Source: Chrysomallon squamiferum (Eukaryota > Animalia > Mollusca). From it: a stretch of DNA of 64,000 nt. The notes beneath the pieces are model-generated. The model was not told where the DNA came from and ran no database searches. It saw nothing but the letters and a program-made list of their open reading frames with translations. The DNA lies in assembly GCA_012295275.1 (NCBI GenBank), contig CM022679.1:6820001-6884000 (forward strand), read 5' to 3'. Below are positions 51,237 through 64,000 of this stretch, piece by piece. The translations under genes and the position numbers were made by a program. Position 1 is the stretch's first letter; each line of letters begins with the position of its first letter.

Positions 51237-54200
51237 CTACAGATTATATGGCAAATTAATATCTACGGGGAGAATAGTAACCTCCAGATCACACAGCACA
51301 AGACGGAGAGGTTTAGAAATTCCAGCTCTGGCACATTCTTCACTAACAATCTCTTTCAGCCTGGTCTGATATTCCTTCTTCTGTCTCTTCAAAGCATCAT
51401 TTTCAAACTGATACAAGTCATGTGGAAATGGGAATTTCAAAACCTGCATTTTGTGAAGTCTGGATATTGTGCGTGTTAGGTTCTGACAGGCATCCCAAGA
51501 CAGGACATTGTCTGCAAAATTCAGATACAATAATTTATCAAGATTTGAAAAACAGTTCTGCAGTTGGTGTATGTGGCTGTCAGAAAGATAGCATTCTTGG
51601 AGCTCCAAAATGTTAAGAGTTGGTGCACATGTAGTAATCAGATGACACAGATTTCGTATTGATGGTCCTAAATCATTTTCACTCAAGTCCAACTCTCTTA
51701 GACCAGATGTATGATGTGACAGTGAGAGATATGTAACATCTGAAACTGTCAAACTACAGCCTGCCAATCTCAGATATTGTAATGGCTCATGAATGTCAGC
51801 TAGCAGACGACGAAGTTTTGTTTTGATTCGATTGTTGCTGAGATCTAAACGAACTAGTTTTCGCAGACTTCCAAACACATCAGCAGCTGCTAGGCATGTG
51901 GTATCACTGTCCCAAAAATAAATGCAATTGCAGGATAGATCAAGAGCTGTGAGATTTGTTAGTGTCTTTAGTACTGGTGCTAGTTTGACAAAATCATCCC
52001 TATTCAGTGAGTTGTATTTGAGCTGGAGGCCAAGAAGATGCTAAAAAAATAAAACAAATTAAATAAATACAGTTATCAGAAATATATTTACATGCAATTT
52101 AGTGTTATTATTATTATTATTTTAACTTTGCTAATAACAGAGTGTTACTATTAAAGCACCCAGCAGCCATTCAGACTGACAGATTGATAATAAGACAATT
52201 TTATTCAGTGTAATAAATTTGTTAAAAACTGAAACCAAATGTTTTTATTCTGTTGCTTGTGCCAAGAATCAACATAAAGTTTTGTGGTATATATAATGAC
52301 TAAAAGTATCAAGTGTATAGAGACACTATGTGTCAAATAGAAATAGAGAGTTTTTTTTTTTATTATTTAAAAATGTTTTTGTAACCTTTGAGTTCTGTCT
52401 CGCCCTATCAATAGTCTTGTTTACAAACCTCAGTGTCCAATTGTCTTAAAAGAAGCCCGATGGCAGCCTGACCCAAACATGTTGCACCTAGTCGCTGGAT
52501 ACAGAGACGCAAATTTCTGTTCTCAAATGTTGAAACTTTAAGAGCTTTGCAAAGAGCAGAATAGCTGGACCAGGATGTTACAAAAGCATCCAACTTTATT
52601 AGCAAACCTGATATAAAAAAATTATAGCAGACTATATATATTTTATTAAACTATTATCATTAATGTTGCATCCATTTTTATGAACAAATCAATTTTGTCC
52701 ATCAAAATTAACCTTCATTATTATCAATGATAAAAAGAAAATTGAAAAATTTTGTTTTATAAATCTGTGGCAGCATATAGTTCCATTTAGATATTTTGAT
52801 TATATAGAACTGGTTTTATATGTAAATAATTTTATACTATCATTATATGTTTTTTTTCTTTATTATTTAGCTTATTTTCTCACCCTCACAAATTAATTTT
52901 CTTTGTAAATTTTGATAAAGATGCACTGAAGAAATATAAAACATCCTACTTAATATATTGGAATTTAGTAGACGGATAGGTTTACATAATTATACATTTA
53001 CAAAGAAACTGAAAACCATACTAACATGAATCCTGTGGTAGCACATAGCTAATATTGTTAAGATCACATGATCCAGTAGAATATTGCATCACCTTGTTGA
53101 TCCGTTCCACCAGTGCTTGTTCACTGTGTGCTAACATGCAACTACTTGTTAAATATTCAAGCATAACTTCAGCTTAAAAAAAGAAAACGCTATTAAATTA
53201 ATGACTGGCAATATATATTGTCTTTTAAAAGAATACTTGTACCAAATATAAGCATATTTGTTTGAAACAAAGGAATCTGAGTTCATCAAAACAGATGGAG
53301 TATTTAACAAATTTAAAAGTTTTTGTGTATTCATTCTCTAATATGTATCTAGGTCAATAAAAATGGAAACCTGACATGTATTAAACAAAACAAAAAGGAA
53401 ATTCAGAATAACTTACCTGTTGGGTAACCAGTGAGATCAAGATATTTTAGTTTTGACTTTGATGCATTTTCCTGCAACATTTGTATAACTCCATGTGCCA
53501 AATTGGTTGTACACATCACTCCCCTGTGCACAATATCTGATAAATATTTAGAATTATACAGTGGTAATATTGATGAAAAAATACTGGGAACCAAATGTTT
53601 CAGAGAAAGTGTTTCAGCAGGCCAGTGTGAAACAAGCACATGAAGTGACCGGTCCTTGTGGCTTAGCAATGCCTCCTGAATCAGAGGAATGAAAAGTGTG
53701 GTTGGCAGACTTTCAATTGCTTCTTTTGTCATTGAGCAGTCTCGGACAATGTAGTTTGAACAGATGTGCACCAAAGAAGGAATTACTTTGCTGGTTGAAC
53801 CAATGCAACTGGGCTGACCTTCGAACAGAAATAAATGAAATATATTAACTAACAAATAAGCTTTACATGAATGATTAATAAGGAAAAATAATAGAATTAT
53901 TTGTGCAGAATTTCTGAAACAGATTCCATTTATGCCTTACATATAATGAACTTCGCTTTTGCAAAGAAATGGACATATCTTTAACAAAATGGAGCCAGGA
54001 TTTAAATTTATTATGAAATGAAAATTCTAAATACTCAATGGTCGTTGGTTTGATGAGAATGACAAATAAGCAAAACATCAAACACCATTTTCACAAGCAC
54101 TATTTGCTTAACTGCAAGGGAGTTAATCAAGATAAGCAACAAAACTGAGAATGGCTATGCTGTTAGACATCAGTCTATTTCATGGGGTGGGGGGAATGTC

Positions 54201-54511
54201 CATTCAGTACCGATGGTCCATTCCTGAAATTATAATCCACTTTATATCAGTGGTCTGTGTGTGTGTGTGCGTGTGTGTATGTGTGTGTGTGCCACTGAAT
54301 AAGTGAGATAAAGACCAAGTGAGATAGGGAGAGAGAGAGATTAATTCTAAACAAACTGATTATCTGTACTGTTGTCAGACACTGAAAACATTATTATTAT
54401 AAACTTACCTGGTTTCGGTATTTGTAATGAATCAGGGTCAACACTTAAATCCAATGGGTACACAGCCCCTTTGTAGTGGTCATACCAAAGCAGATTCTTC
54501 GTGTTATCCAT
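51237..54511 (-). CDS. LRRC14: LRRC14/PRAME-family leucine-rich repeat protein, about 544 aa
   Basis: Exons 54511-54409, 53818-53417, 53172-53026, 52607-52429, 52040-51237 total 1635 nt and stay open. The N-terminus has PSLVHICSNYIV (BC-box-like), AIESLPTTLFIPL, LVSHWP, KLKYLDLTG. C-terminal RI-like LRRs include LVRLDLSNN, LQYLRLAGCSL, LRELDLSENDL. Confidence 0.8.
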
Positions 54512-55247
54512 CAGTTTATCTCTGTCATTCTGCAACAACACAGTACGAAATAAGATTAAAATTAATCTTGTCAGTTAGGCAAAAAACCGAAACTCTTTTT
54601 AATATTTTTCTGATGCAACTTTAATATAATTATGATTTTATTCGTTTTATTTTAATTATTATTATATATCATATATATTTATTAAAATTTCCAATTTCTA
54701 ATCTTTTAGTCTTTCTTTATAAAGATATGTACAGTGTTACAAATTCGAAAGGACGAGTGACCTAATCTTGATCAGACAAAACAAAATTATTTTAGATTCG
54801 GAAGTAGAATTGGTGTCAAGATCTGATATTGCTGTAAGTGTGAATCGAGAAATAAACGAATTGAACATAGGTATGCATTAGCATGTAATTTATTATTTTA
54901 GTAAATATTTAATCTTCTGTCTATACTAATTCTAGAAATATTTTAATATGAAACTACATGTTTCAGTGATATCGATATATGTCTTTTAAATTGTTAATTT
55001 ATGTCATCAGTAACACTAACAACACATTATCATTATCAGTATCAATACTATCATCGTATGTAGATAACATTAATGCTGTGTTTAAAATGAATCCACTGTA
55101 TAATTTTAAAATTATTCTAACACGTCTTTAAAGGACGAAATTTTTTGACAGAAAGGAATCAAATGACTCATTCATAAGTGATACAAACTGCAAATTTGGA
55201 TGTACATCTTTCGTTTCGTTTAAATTAACATTTCCTTATAAGAAAAA
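54512..55247. promoter_or_regulatory. Bidirectional promoter/5' UTR region of the LRRC14-like gene and MRPS7
   Basis: The divergent ATGs are 736 bp apart, with a CpG-containing patch and an ETS motif CGGAAGT at 54799-54805. A possible non-coding first exon of MRPS7 ends at AG|GTATGC (54870). Confidence 0.55.
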
Positions 55248-55517
55248 ATGGCTGCTACCAGTTTGTCTCGTTTGTCATTTCAACATGTTTACACGTTATG
55301 CGCAAGAAGTATATTTTCAGCGTAAGTTACATGAAAGTTATTACATTATAGTTTTTAATCAAGTCAAGATATTAGATAAGTAATATTAAATATAATTTTT
55401 ACATATCGAATCAATTATCAGTTCGAGTACGTTAGACACAAGATATTTTGAGTTCTTCAGTCCTTCAACTCCTTGGCTTCAAACTTGATTCTGTTTACAG
55501 TTTTTAGAAAAAAAAAA

Positions 55518-55573
<56 letters not shown>

Positions 55574-58500
55574 TAAAAACAAAAAATAATAAAAATAAAA
55601 AGAAAAAATGGCAGTGTTATAATTTATATATTTGTGTAAAACATACATAAATATAAAACAAATGACATATATGATATAAATTATAATATCTCTAATTTCT
55701 AAATAGGTACTGAGATACTTGAAGTTGATTGAATATATTATCTAAATATTTCATCTTCGATCTTGTTTAATACTCATTATACTATTAGTTAATAACTGAT
55801 TATTATATTAGTACGCTAGACCAGTATAATCAGTTTAATATTTTTTTTTTCTACTAAACTTTTTCTTTCCCACGCGCATTTCTTATATGGTATAGCCAGC
55901 TAAAATTAGTTATTTTTTGTTTTTGGTATTTTATTTAAATTTTTGTTATCTTTAGTTTATTTATTGTATATCTGTGTGAGAGAGAATGTATGAAGAGCAC
56001 TGTTGGCCTCTTTAAATTTAATTAACTACATTATATTTTGTGTCACCTAATTACAGTATGTACAATCACATTATTTTTATGATATATGTAATTTTAGACT
56101 GGAATATGTTAAACGAAAAAATGCTTCTTTATTAGTAAATTGGATATTATTATCAATACCATGTCCATGATTCACTTACTTTTCTCCATTCTACCTTTGT
56201 AATCAGAAATAACTTTTAGTTTAAACATACAGCAATAGTCACTGGAATGACATGTACAATTAATTATATATACAAACAAAATTTCTTTTTGGTAAAACTG
56301 ATAAAATCTAGTCAGACTAAAGGTTTATAATAAATAAATGTTTGTCTTTCAGTTCAACTCATGTATGCTGCAGCAGATATAACCCACATTTCCTTGAAGC
56401 TACAGTGGATAAGGAAGAGTTATCTGCTCCTCTGGATGAATCAGATCTCCGACGTTTTCGACCCATTAAAGCAGCTAGGACAGAGCAAACAACTTCAGTT
56501 TTTGCAGATAAAAAAATTCAGTGAGTAATTTATTATATAATGATAATTTAAAAAGAACAACAAATCTAAATATGCAGTCAGATTCTAGATGATTAAAGAA
56601 AATATTTTGCAAAGAATTGTTCCATTTTTTAATGGTGACAAAATTAGGATATAGATATAATGTCTTCATGTTTTTGTTAATAATGATGTACATTGCCTAT
56701 TTTATTTTCAGAAAGTTTACGAATCTCTTAATGAAAGGAGGAAGAAAAGAGGAAAGTAGGCGAATCATGGACAAGGTAAATATTTTGGGAAGTTTTGGAA
56801 AATCAAGTTTTGTTACCTTGGCTATGAAAATGTTATGGAAAATTATGTCTTTGCCATAAATAAAATGAATGGAAAACTGGTTTGTTTCACAAATATTTAG
56901 CCCTGACCTAACGCCCATTTTAGCCAATAAAAGGAAGTGCCATAATAGCATGTCCAAAGAAAATGGTTCTGTTTTGGCAGTGCTTCTATTTTAATTTAAT
57001 CTTAAAAGATTAGCTTAGGCATTTGCATAGGAGGCACATATTGCTAAAAACAACTATTTCCTTTCCTGATCTCCAGTTTTTTAAAATCGTTTTAATTATC
57101 AACAGTAAGCGATACTTGTTGCAAACTTCTATCAGGCTGGCAGAGTAGACTTGTTGTTACAGTGCTGTGGTCTGTGTAATTGATTACAACACTGATAGTT
57201 TTATTTTTTTTATTTTAGTGTTATGGTTTAGTGTTATGATGAATAGAGGGGTAAATGTCTCAGTGTATGCAGTGCATTGAATTAGAGACAAAGTGTGAAC
57301 AGTTACAAAGAGATACTGAATTACTTTCTTCATCTGCCGATGAACTGGCAGAATTTGCTCAAATCTCACTGATTTGACTAAACCTAACAGTTTCAAGAAG
57401 CAAAAAAACTTGAAATTGAAGTTGTTAATTATGAAATAATAAAACTGAGAGAAAGTCCAACTGATAATTCAGACCCGAACCATAAGGAATAGGATTTGGG
57501 CTATTAATTGAATAAGAACAAAGGAACATAACAACTTTTTGTGAAGCAATACTGTTGTATTCATATATCTGGCAACCTGCTTACATATCATCATAGTCAT
57601 GTCCACTCCAAAAATAATAAAACTTATTTTAAAATGGCAAAATAAATTACATTAATTTTTTTTTTATTACTAGTATTCCTGCCTGTATTATCAAGGCAAA
57701 AGTTTTAACTCTGTCAAGCATGTCTAAAAATTGCAAAGAAACCTAACACTTTGTTGTGATTTGTGTTTGTTTGGAAATGGTTTTGGAAATTTGGATTTGT
57801 GGGCTATGGAAAGATTTGGAAAAGTAATGGAAATTTTGAGGTGTACAAACCCTGCAAACAAAAGGTCAGTTTCTATGTTTCATTTATACATCCACTATAA
57901 ATGTTGAATACCTTCATGAAAAACTTCAGTAGAGTCTCTTGACTGTTTTTGATCAACAGATCCCTTTCAAAAATATATCATTGGAAAGTATATTATTTCA
58001 TCTTTTAAAAGACAGTGGAATTTAATCATAAAACAACTGTATGATCAATCACGTTACTTGATTGTTTATTCCATAGTATTTATCTTTTTATTTGAATTTT
58101 TCTACGCAGTATCTTGTAAATAAATGCTGGAACTAATGATTGAATAAGTGTGCTTAATTAGTTTTAGTGGGGAAAAATACGGTTGTCATGTTAGAAAATT
58201 ATCTATAATATTGCATGCTGTCAGTAGTGAATTCATCCTTGGGGATCTTTTGTGTTCCATCAAATGCTTTATTATTGCATGTGCTTTCCTGAAAGTGCAT
58301 TTATTATTATCAGTCAGAACAGTCTGAGGAGTTGTAATGGGGCTTTCACTCTCACAGTGTTATTATTCATATCTGTGTTTAGACCCTAATAAATATTAAT
58401 TACTGTTAAGAATATATCAATCAATTCAAATTTATTTTTGTTTTTCGCATTACATATTTATTTATGAGAAAGTAATGGATAATAATTAATCATTTTGGAC

Positions 58501-60186
58501 ACAGATGACGATGTGTTAAAATATTTTAAAATTTCATTTGTTTCATATTCAGTCTTAAAATTGTTAAATAGTCACCAGTACCTAACAAATTTATTCCCTT
58601 TAATTTATTAATATCTTTATTTTATTTTTATAACAACAACCACATTTTGTGTAGAGTATTTTTAAAACATTCGCTTTTAATTATAAATAATAAAGTAGAG
58701 ATGTTATATATATATAATTTTTTTTATAGACATTAGAGAACATCAAGTGCATACAGTTAGAAAAATATCACAAAGCCTCTGATGAAGAAAAAGCTAGCAT
58801 AGAGTGTAATCCTGTTTCTATCTTCCACCAAGCAGTGGAGAATTGTAAACCAGTGTTGATACTCACTAAAATTGTTCGAGGAGGTATTTCATATCAGGTG
58901 AATACTGTTTACAAATTAGATATCCAATAGCTGAAACACTTAGGAACTTAGAGTTAATTTGTCACAAAAATGTTAAACTGAACGTTTTGTACTAATGATG
59001 CTTTATAGTTCTACATTTCAAAAAAAAAGTAATATATATTTAATTAATATGTAGTTATATAATGTTAACATATATTGATATTGTAATATTTTAATAATAG
59101 GTATGTATCTGATAAAGACATCTTGCTATTCATATGGGGTGAATTCAGTTTGCAGATCAGATGTCTGAAAGCTGAAACACTTAGGGATATACAGAATTAA
59201 TTTATCTGGAAAATATTAAACTATTGAAGAAACTATATCTTGAAGAAATGTTTTTAAAAAAATGTTTGGATATTATATATCTGTATATGTATCTGTCAAT
59301 GATTGATTAAATTGATTAATAGATATATATCTGACTGATATTTTTGTTGTATTATGTTAACAGATATGTATCTGTCAATGCTGTATTACCTCTAGGTATT
59401 ACCTCTTTTTTACCTCTAGGTGCCAGTGCCTTGCACTTCCAGCATGCAGCAGTCAAAGGCAATGAAATGGTTAATAAATAGTTGTCAAGACAAGGACAGA
59501 AAGTTGCCCATGGAACAGAAATTAGCATGGGAGGTGCTTGATGCTTACAAGAATGAGGTCTGTTTCACATCACTGAATACATATTGTCTGGATATATTGA
59601 TCTATAATGTTACTATCTTAATGTTAAGAATAAAATGTTTGTGTGTTGGATATTAATACAAAATGAAACTGAGAGTCACATTATTTTGAAATGTTTGAAA
59701 GGATATCATTTATAGGTTTACATTTTCTTGTTTGTATTAAAAAGTAAAAAAGTAAAAAAAAAAAAAAATTTGTAAGACATATTTCCAGACAAAATCTGTT
59801 GTAATAACTGAGAATTTTCTTATTCAAAGCAGTAACATGAACTTGTTATCAAGGTAATATTCATTTAAAACATTCTACTATCGGATCATTAATAGTCATT
59901 ATCTGTATCAGTTATATATGTGTTAATATAACAGAAGCAGCTTGTAGGCACTGCTGATTGATTGATATCAAATAGTAACTAGGTAATTTTACATGCATTT
60001 TTCCCACAGACAGGAAATTGCTCTAAGTGTATTGAGTGAATATGTGTATTTTCAAAAGAATCCTAAACATGTTATTAATACATATGTCTTATGTTTTATT
60101 TTCAGGGAAAGACAGTAAGAAGAAAACAGGAACTACACAAACAGTGTGATGCTAATCGAGCTTATGCACAGTTTCGATGGTCTTGA
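55248..60186 (+). CDS. MRPS7: Mitochondrial ribosomal protein uS7m, about 230 aa
   Basis: Exons 55248-55321, 56353-56520, 56712-56775, 58730-58897, 59420-59557, 60106-60186 total 693 nt and stay open. Motifs: FRPIKAA..TSVF, KFTNLLMKGG, IFHQAVENCKP..RGGISYQVPVP, AMKWL, KQELHKQCDANRAYAQFRW. Confidence 0.95.
56785..57854. mobile_element. Degenerate non-autonomous hAT-like element in MRPS7 intron 3
   Basis: The right end GTGTACAAACCCTG (reverse complement CAGGGTTTGTACAC) is preceded by (T/A)TGGAAA subterminal repeats at about 57770-57835. Similar repeats occur at about 56785-56845. The left TIR and a TSD were not found. Confidence 0.45.
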
Positions 60187-60974
60187 GAAATATAGTCATG
60201 TGGACATCATAAGAACTTGTATAATATATCCAGCAAGATGAACATGTTTTAGACTGACAAATTTCATAGGCAGTATACTTATAAAAACAGTATAAATGCT
60301 GTTTCATGTTGAAAGGAAGATTACATATATATTTATAAATATTATGTGTGAATATATACCAATGACTTTGACAACTCAAAAAAAAAAAAAAAATTATAAT
60401 AAACATGGAAAAAATTAAAGTTTGTTGCTTATTTTTTTATTATTCTTATTATTACTATTGCTAGTTCTAACTCACTTAAAAGGGTTTTATTGTTGCAAGA
60501 ACTAACACATGTTCACATATGATCAACAATTATGGAATTTACTATAATGAAAAAATATATATATTAGAAATTCTCATTGGAAGATTATTGTGTTACTTGA
60601 AATTTTAATATAAACTTACAGTGATCAATATTTTCAGATCACATATATCCTCCACAAATGCTAATACTAAGTTTTACTGAGAATTTTTATAAGTATTGTA
60701 TAAAATAATCAAGATTACTATGAGCAAACAGATTATCAGTTTAGTACTGTTTTGCTTCATTCTAAAATCTGTACTAAAAATAATTCACTTGGAACATTGT
60801 AAGTGTCGTTCTATTTACCCAAGAACATTTGATCCATTGTTCTAGAGGATTCTCCAGATTTATAATTCATAGTAATTAAAGTATACATGATCACAAGACG
60901 TGCTCATTAAATTCAAAACATCATCTTGTTTTGACAATTGCATTCATAGATACAAATACGTATTATCAACGTTC

Positions 60975-61110
60975 ATTCTGGAAAGAACATGAACAGCCTT
61001 TGATAAACCAGTCGAGGACTGCTGGCTGGAATGATGAATAGCCTAACAGACTTCAAGAGAAGAACTGATCTCGCAACGAATCACGTCGCAAGGTCAGCTC
61101 TACCACACAG
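60975..61110 (-). mobile_element. Degenerate tRNA-derived SINE copy; related fragments at about 62660-62730, 61990-62100 and 34790-34885
   Basis: The core TTCCAGCCAGCAGTCCTCGACT (minus strand here) compares with TTCCAACCAGTGCCCCTCGACT (about 62666), TTCCAGCAAGTGTTCCACAAT (about 34817) and TTCCAATTAGTAGCCATCAACT (about 62076). An A-box-like GTGGTAGAGC lies upstream. The resemblance to a gastropod SINE is recalled, not searched. Confidence 0.5.
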
Positions 61111-61428
61111 CAAAGTTTTAATCCTATAGCAAAACAAGCCAAATTTATTTTGTTCAGATCTGAGACAGTGGAACGGTTTGAATCTTTCTCTGTATCAGTG
61201 GAAATGCAGTTCTAGAGCCCCGAATTTTGAATGTCCTTCACAACCAGCAACGAGTTTAGGATAAGCACTGTTATTTTCTTCAGTGTAGTTGGTGCATGCA
61301 GATCTCCACAATTTTTTTGCAAAACGTATCACTAAATCATTGGAATGTTTCACGTCTCCTCTACTTCAGCAGATTTGAAAACTTTAAGCAAACTGGACAA
61401 AAGTCATTTCTGGGGCTACTCCAGGAAT

Positions 61429-61478
61429 AGGGACCCTGAAGCTTAAGCTTTATTAGTTTTGTAGAAGATCCTCCCATG
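61429..61478 (-). mobile_element. Terminal fragment of a hAT-Tip100-like DNA transposon
   Basis: The reverse complement CATGGGAGGATCTTCTACAAAACTAATAAAAGCTTAAGCTTCAGGGTCCC resembles recalled CAGGGGCGGAT...GAAGCTTAAGCTTCAGGGCCC ends. The partner end was not found. Confidence 0.4.
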
Positions 61479-62255
61479 TACTGTATGTTAAATCTAAACA
61501 AAAACGTTTATCTCTTTGTACTATTAGAAACTTAACAGAAGGGTAAAATTTATAATTAAACTCTGGTTGTTTTGAGAAAAATTAACGAACTATTAGTATT
61601 TTTAGTAGTGGTTTCATCTGATCCAGGAACACCATAAATCCATAGTTTTAGCTCATAGTTCACATCAAATACAGACTGTCAAAACTGTGTTATTAATGCA
61701 ATGAAAATATTGATATTTCCACCATTATCTATAGTTTCATTAGTTTATAGATTCATTTTTCATATAATATTTATTTTCCCCATCATATCTTAGACTGCAG
61801 GCGATTAATAATGTTATGTTAGACATTCATGGCAGAACGACCAGATGGTATTTAATTAATTTCTTTTTGTGTAATTGGCAGAAAAGAAATCTTTGTGATC
61901 GATTAGATCGTAGCATTAATGTATTCTGTTAGTAACAAGAAAACTGTTAATAGCCATTACACGAATCTTTTGTTTTTCTTTCAATTGCGGTCTGTAGTGG
62001 ACTGAACGCTGGTTTTAGCCATAGTTAATCTCTGGATTAATACTCCTCGGTATTCCCTTTGCCTTTTTTTTTCCGTTCCAATTAGTAGCCATCAACTCGT
62101 GTATGTGTAAATATTTGGCCGTCTATCTATCTATCTAATATGCATGCATATGCATAAAGACAGACAGACAGATAGATAGATTGAATTATTATTGCAGGTT
62201 ATTATTGTTTTGAGTTTGTTAGATGTTAAACCATAATGTAAATGCACATGTGCAT

Positions 62256-62291
<36 letters not shown>

Positions 62292-63037
62292 ATATTCATT
62301 CAAATATTTTAGATGAAATATAAATTATACTAAGCTAGTTCAAGTTACAGTCAGATGACTTTCACACAACTTGACACAAGAATAATGTACTATGTAAATT
62401 CCTATTATATTATAACATAAGAAACTGTTTCATAATATTTCCATTTTCCCCATTCCATTTGTTTCATACATTCAAGATAAGTACTGTAAAATTTCTTTAC
62501 ATGAATCACCATACTGTATATTTAACAAGACGTGGTATTATATCAAATTTTCTGATGTATAGTAATTATAATTATAATATACAGTATATTGACACATACA
62601 AAAATATCCTATCTCGTCGGAATGGGCAATAGTGCAGGCGTGGTATGTTTTGAAGAATTTCTCTTTCCAACCAGTGCCCCTCGACTCCCATTGTCAAAGT
62701 CATGTTAATCTACAATCCTGTCTGTATACCCAGTAGACCATATAAACATTTCTATCTCACATTATTGTGCCAATAACCAATTTATAATATGTGTCTTGGT
62801 ATCGTTCATACACCAAGCGCTACCCTCCTAAGCCATGTGTCACATTTTCAAGCACATACCAAACTCGTTCAGCTAACGAATGCTAGACGAATAGTTCTGC
62901 AGTCAATAAGCTGTGATTATCATGCTTTAATTAGCTGGTAGATACTGAATGAACATCACTGAAGTTAACTGCCAGGTTTGAGCATTGCTTGGTTATCGAC
63001 CCTAGGCCATAATCTGATGACAACGTTTTCAGTTTGA

Positions 63038-63090
<53 letters not shown>
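63038..63090. repeat. (AAT)n microsatellite; others at about 25968-26002, 39263-39343, 43205-43238 and 55519-55573
   Basis: Directly visible. Confidence 0.92.
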
Positions 63091-63091
<1 letters not shown>

Positions 63092-64000
63092 TGTAATCTA
63101 ATAGCAGTGGAAGAAGCAGCACTGTGATGACAGTAATACAGGAGCAGTGTTCATAGATTCCATACTATGAATGATATTTCAAAGAATAAAAAAATCAAAA
63201 TTTGTCAAAATTTCACTATACGGTTTTTTTAATTTACTTTTCTTTTTCAAAAAACGTTCTTATTATTATGACTGAAAATTAAAAAACAAAACTAACGAAC
63301 GAATAAAAAAAAAAATAATAATAATATAATAAAATAAAATAAAACAAAAAATGAATGTAAGGATTTTTTTTTTTTTTTTTTAAATAGGTCATTAATATTT
63401 TGTTTCCAAAAAAGAAATAATGTACAATGAAAATAAATTATAAATTTTTATAATTTTTAACATTTTCCTTTTCTAACGGTTTCTTGTAATTTTATTTCTA
63501 AGTAGCTGAACATGTAATTCATATGGATGAAAATTTAATTTAAATAGCTAGTTGCATTATTTTTAATATTTACGAAATAAATGTATAAATAAATAAATAA
63601 ATAAATACAAACAAACCCTACCAAAAAAAAAAAAAAAAAAAAAAAAAAAAGCAACATACGAAATCTCGAAGATTATAGGAATTATAAATTGTAGGAAAAA
63701 GAAAAACCGAAAGCGATGTAACATGGGTGTTAAGGACAAATATTATATTATAAAGAAATTTAGGATAAAACATTTAGAAGTACGGTCTTGCAATGCAACG
63801 TCAGTGAAAGAAGGAAAAACAGCAAAGACTTAGCAAGCTCTAGGCTGGCATGCCATCGTCTGCTTTAACCCGATTTTCTAAGGCTAAAATGTGCAGAACA
63901 TCTAATCCCGATATTCCCTCGGGCAATTTTTAATTCCCGTCCGGATTTTGTGTGAATCGTTTGTTAATATTCAGTTTGACACATGAATACTGTTTATACA

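Noticed and set aside
61040-61110. tRNA gene on the minus strand
   Set aside because: Only a decayed A-box-like motif is present, with no cloverleaf. A SINE head explains it better.

Overview
AT-rich, intron-dense animal genomic DNA; the gene and repeat content suggests a mollusc, possibly a gastropod (inference). The ORF track is mostly exon fragments and noise, so I spliced six genes by hand. (1) The 3' part of a giant single-pass receptor (+, 472-27067, 41 exons, about 2190 aa in the window): EGF, PAN/Apple, CysD/WxxW, EGF, pentraxin/LamG, HYR, sushi, furin site, 16 ephrin-receptor-like Cys repeats, EGF, TM, NPxY tail. It has two homopolymer frameshifts. (2) Selenoprotein MsrB1 (-), with an in-frame UGA and a SECIS element; the ORF track misses it entirely. 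(3) A FAM227-family gene (+) containing a minor-spliceosome AT-AC intron. (4) A TK2-like deoxynucleoside kinase (-) whose base-specificity residues are not TK2-like. (5) An LRRC14/PRAME-like LRR protein (-). (6) MRPS7 (+). Two gene pairs are head-to-head. Also present: an internally deleted hAT-like element with a 6-bp TSD, a concentric foldback structure, degenerate SINE and hAT remnants, and microsatellites. No prokaryotic-type system is present, and nothing here is established as a wholly new system. The best leads are the kinase pocket, the receptor architecture and the selenoprotein recoding.
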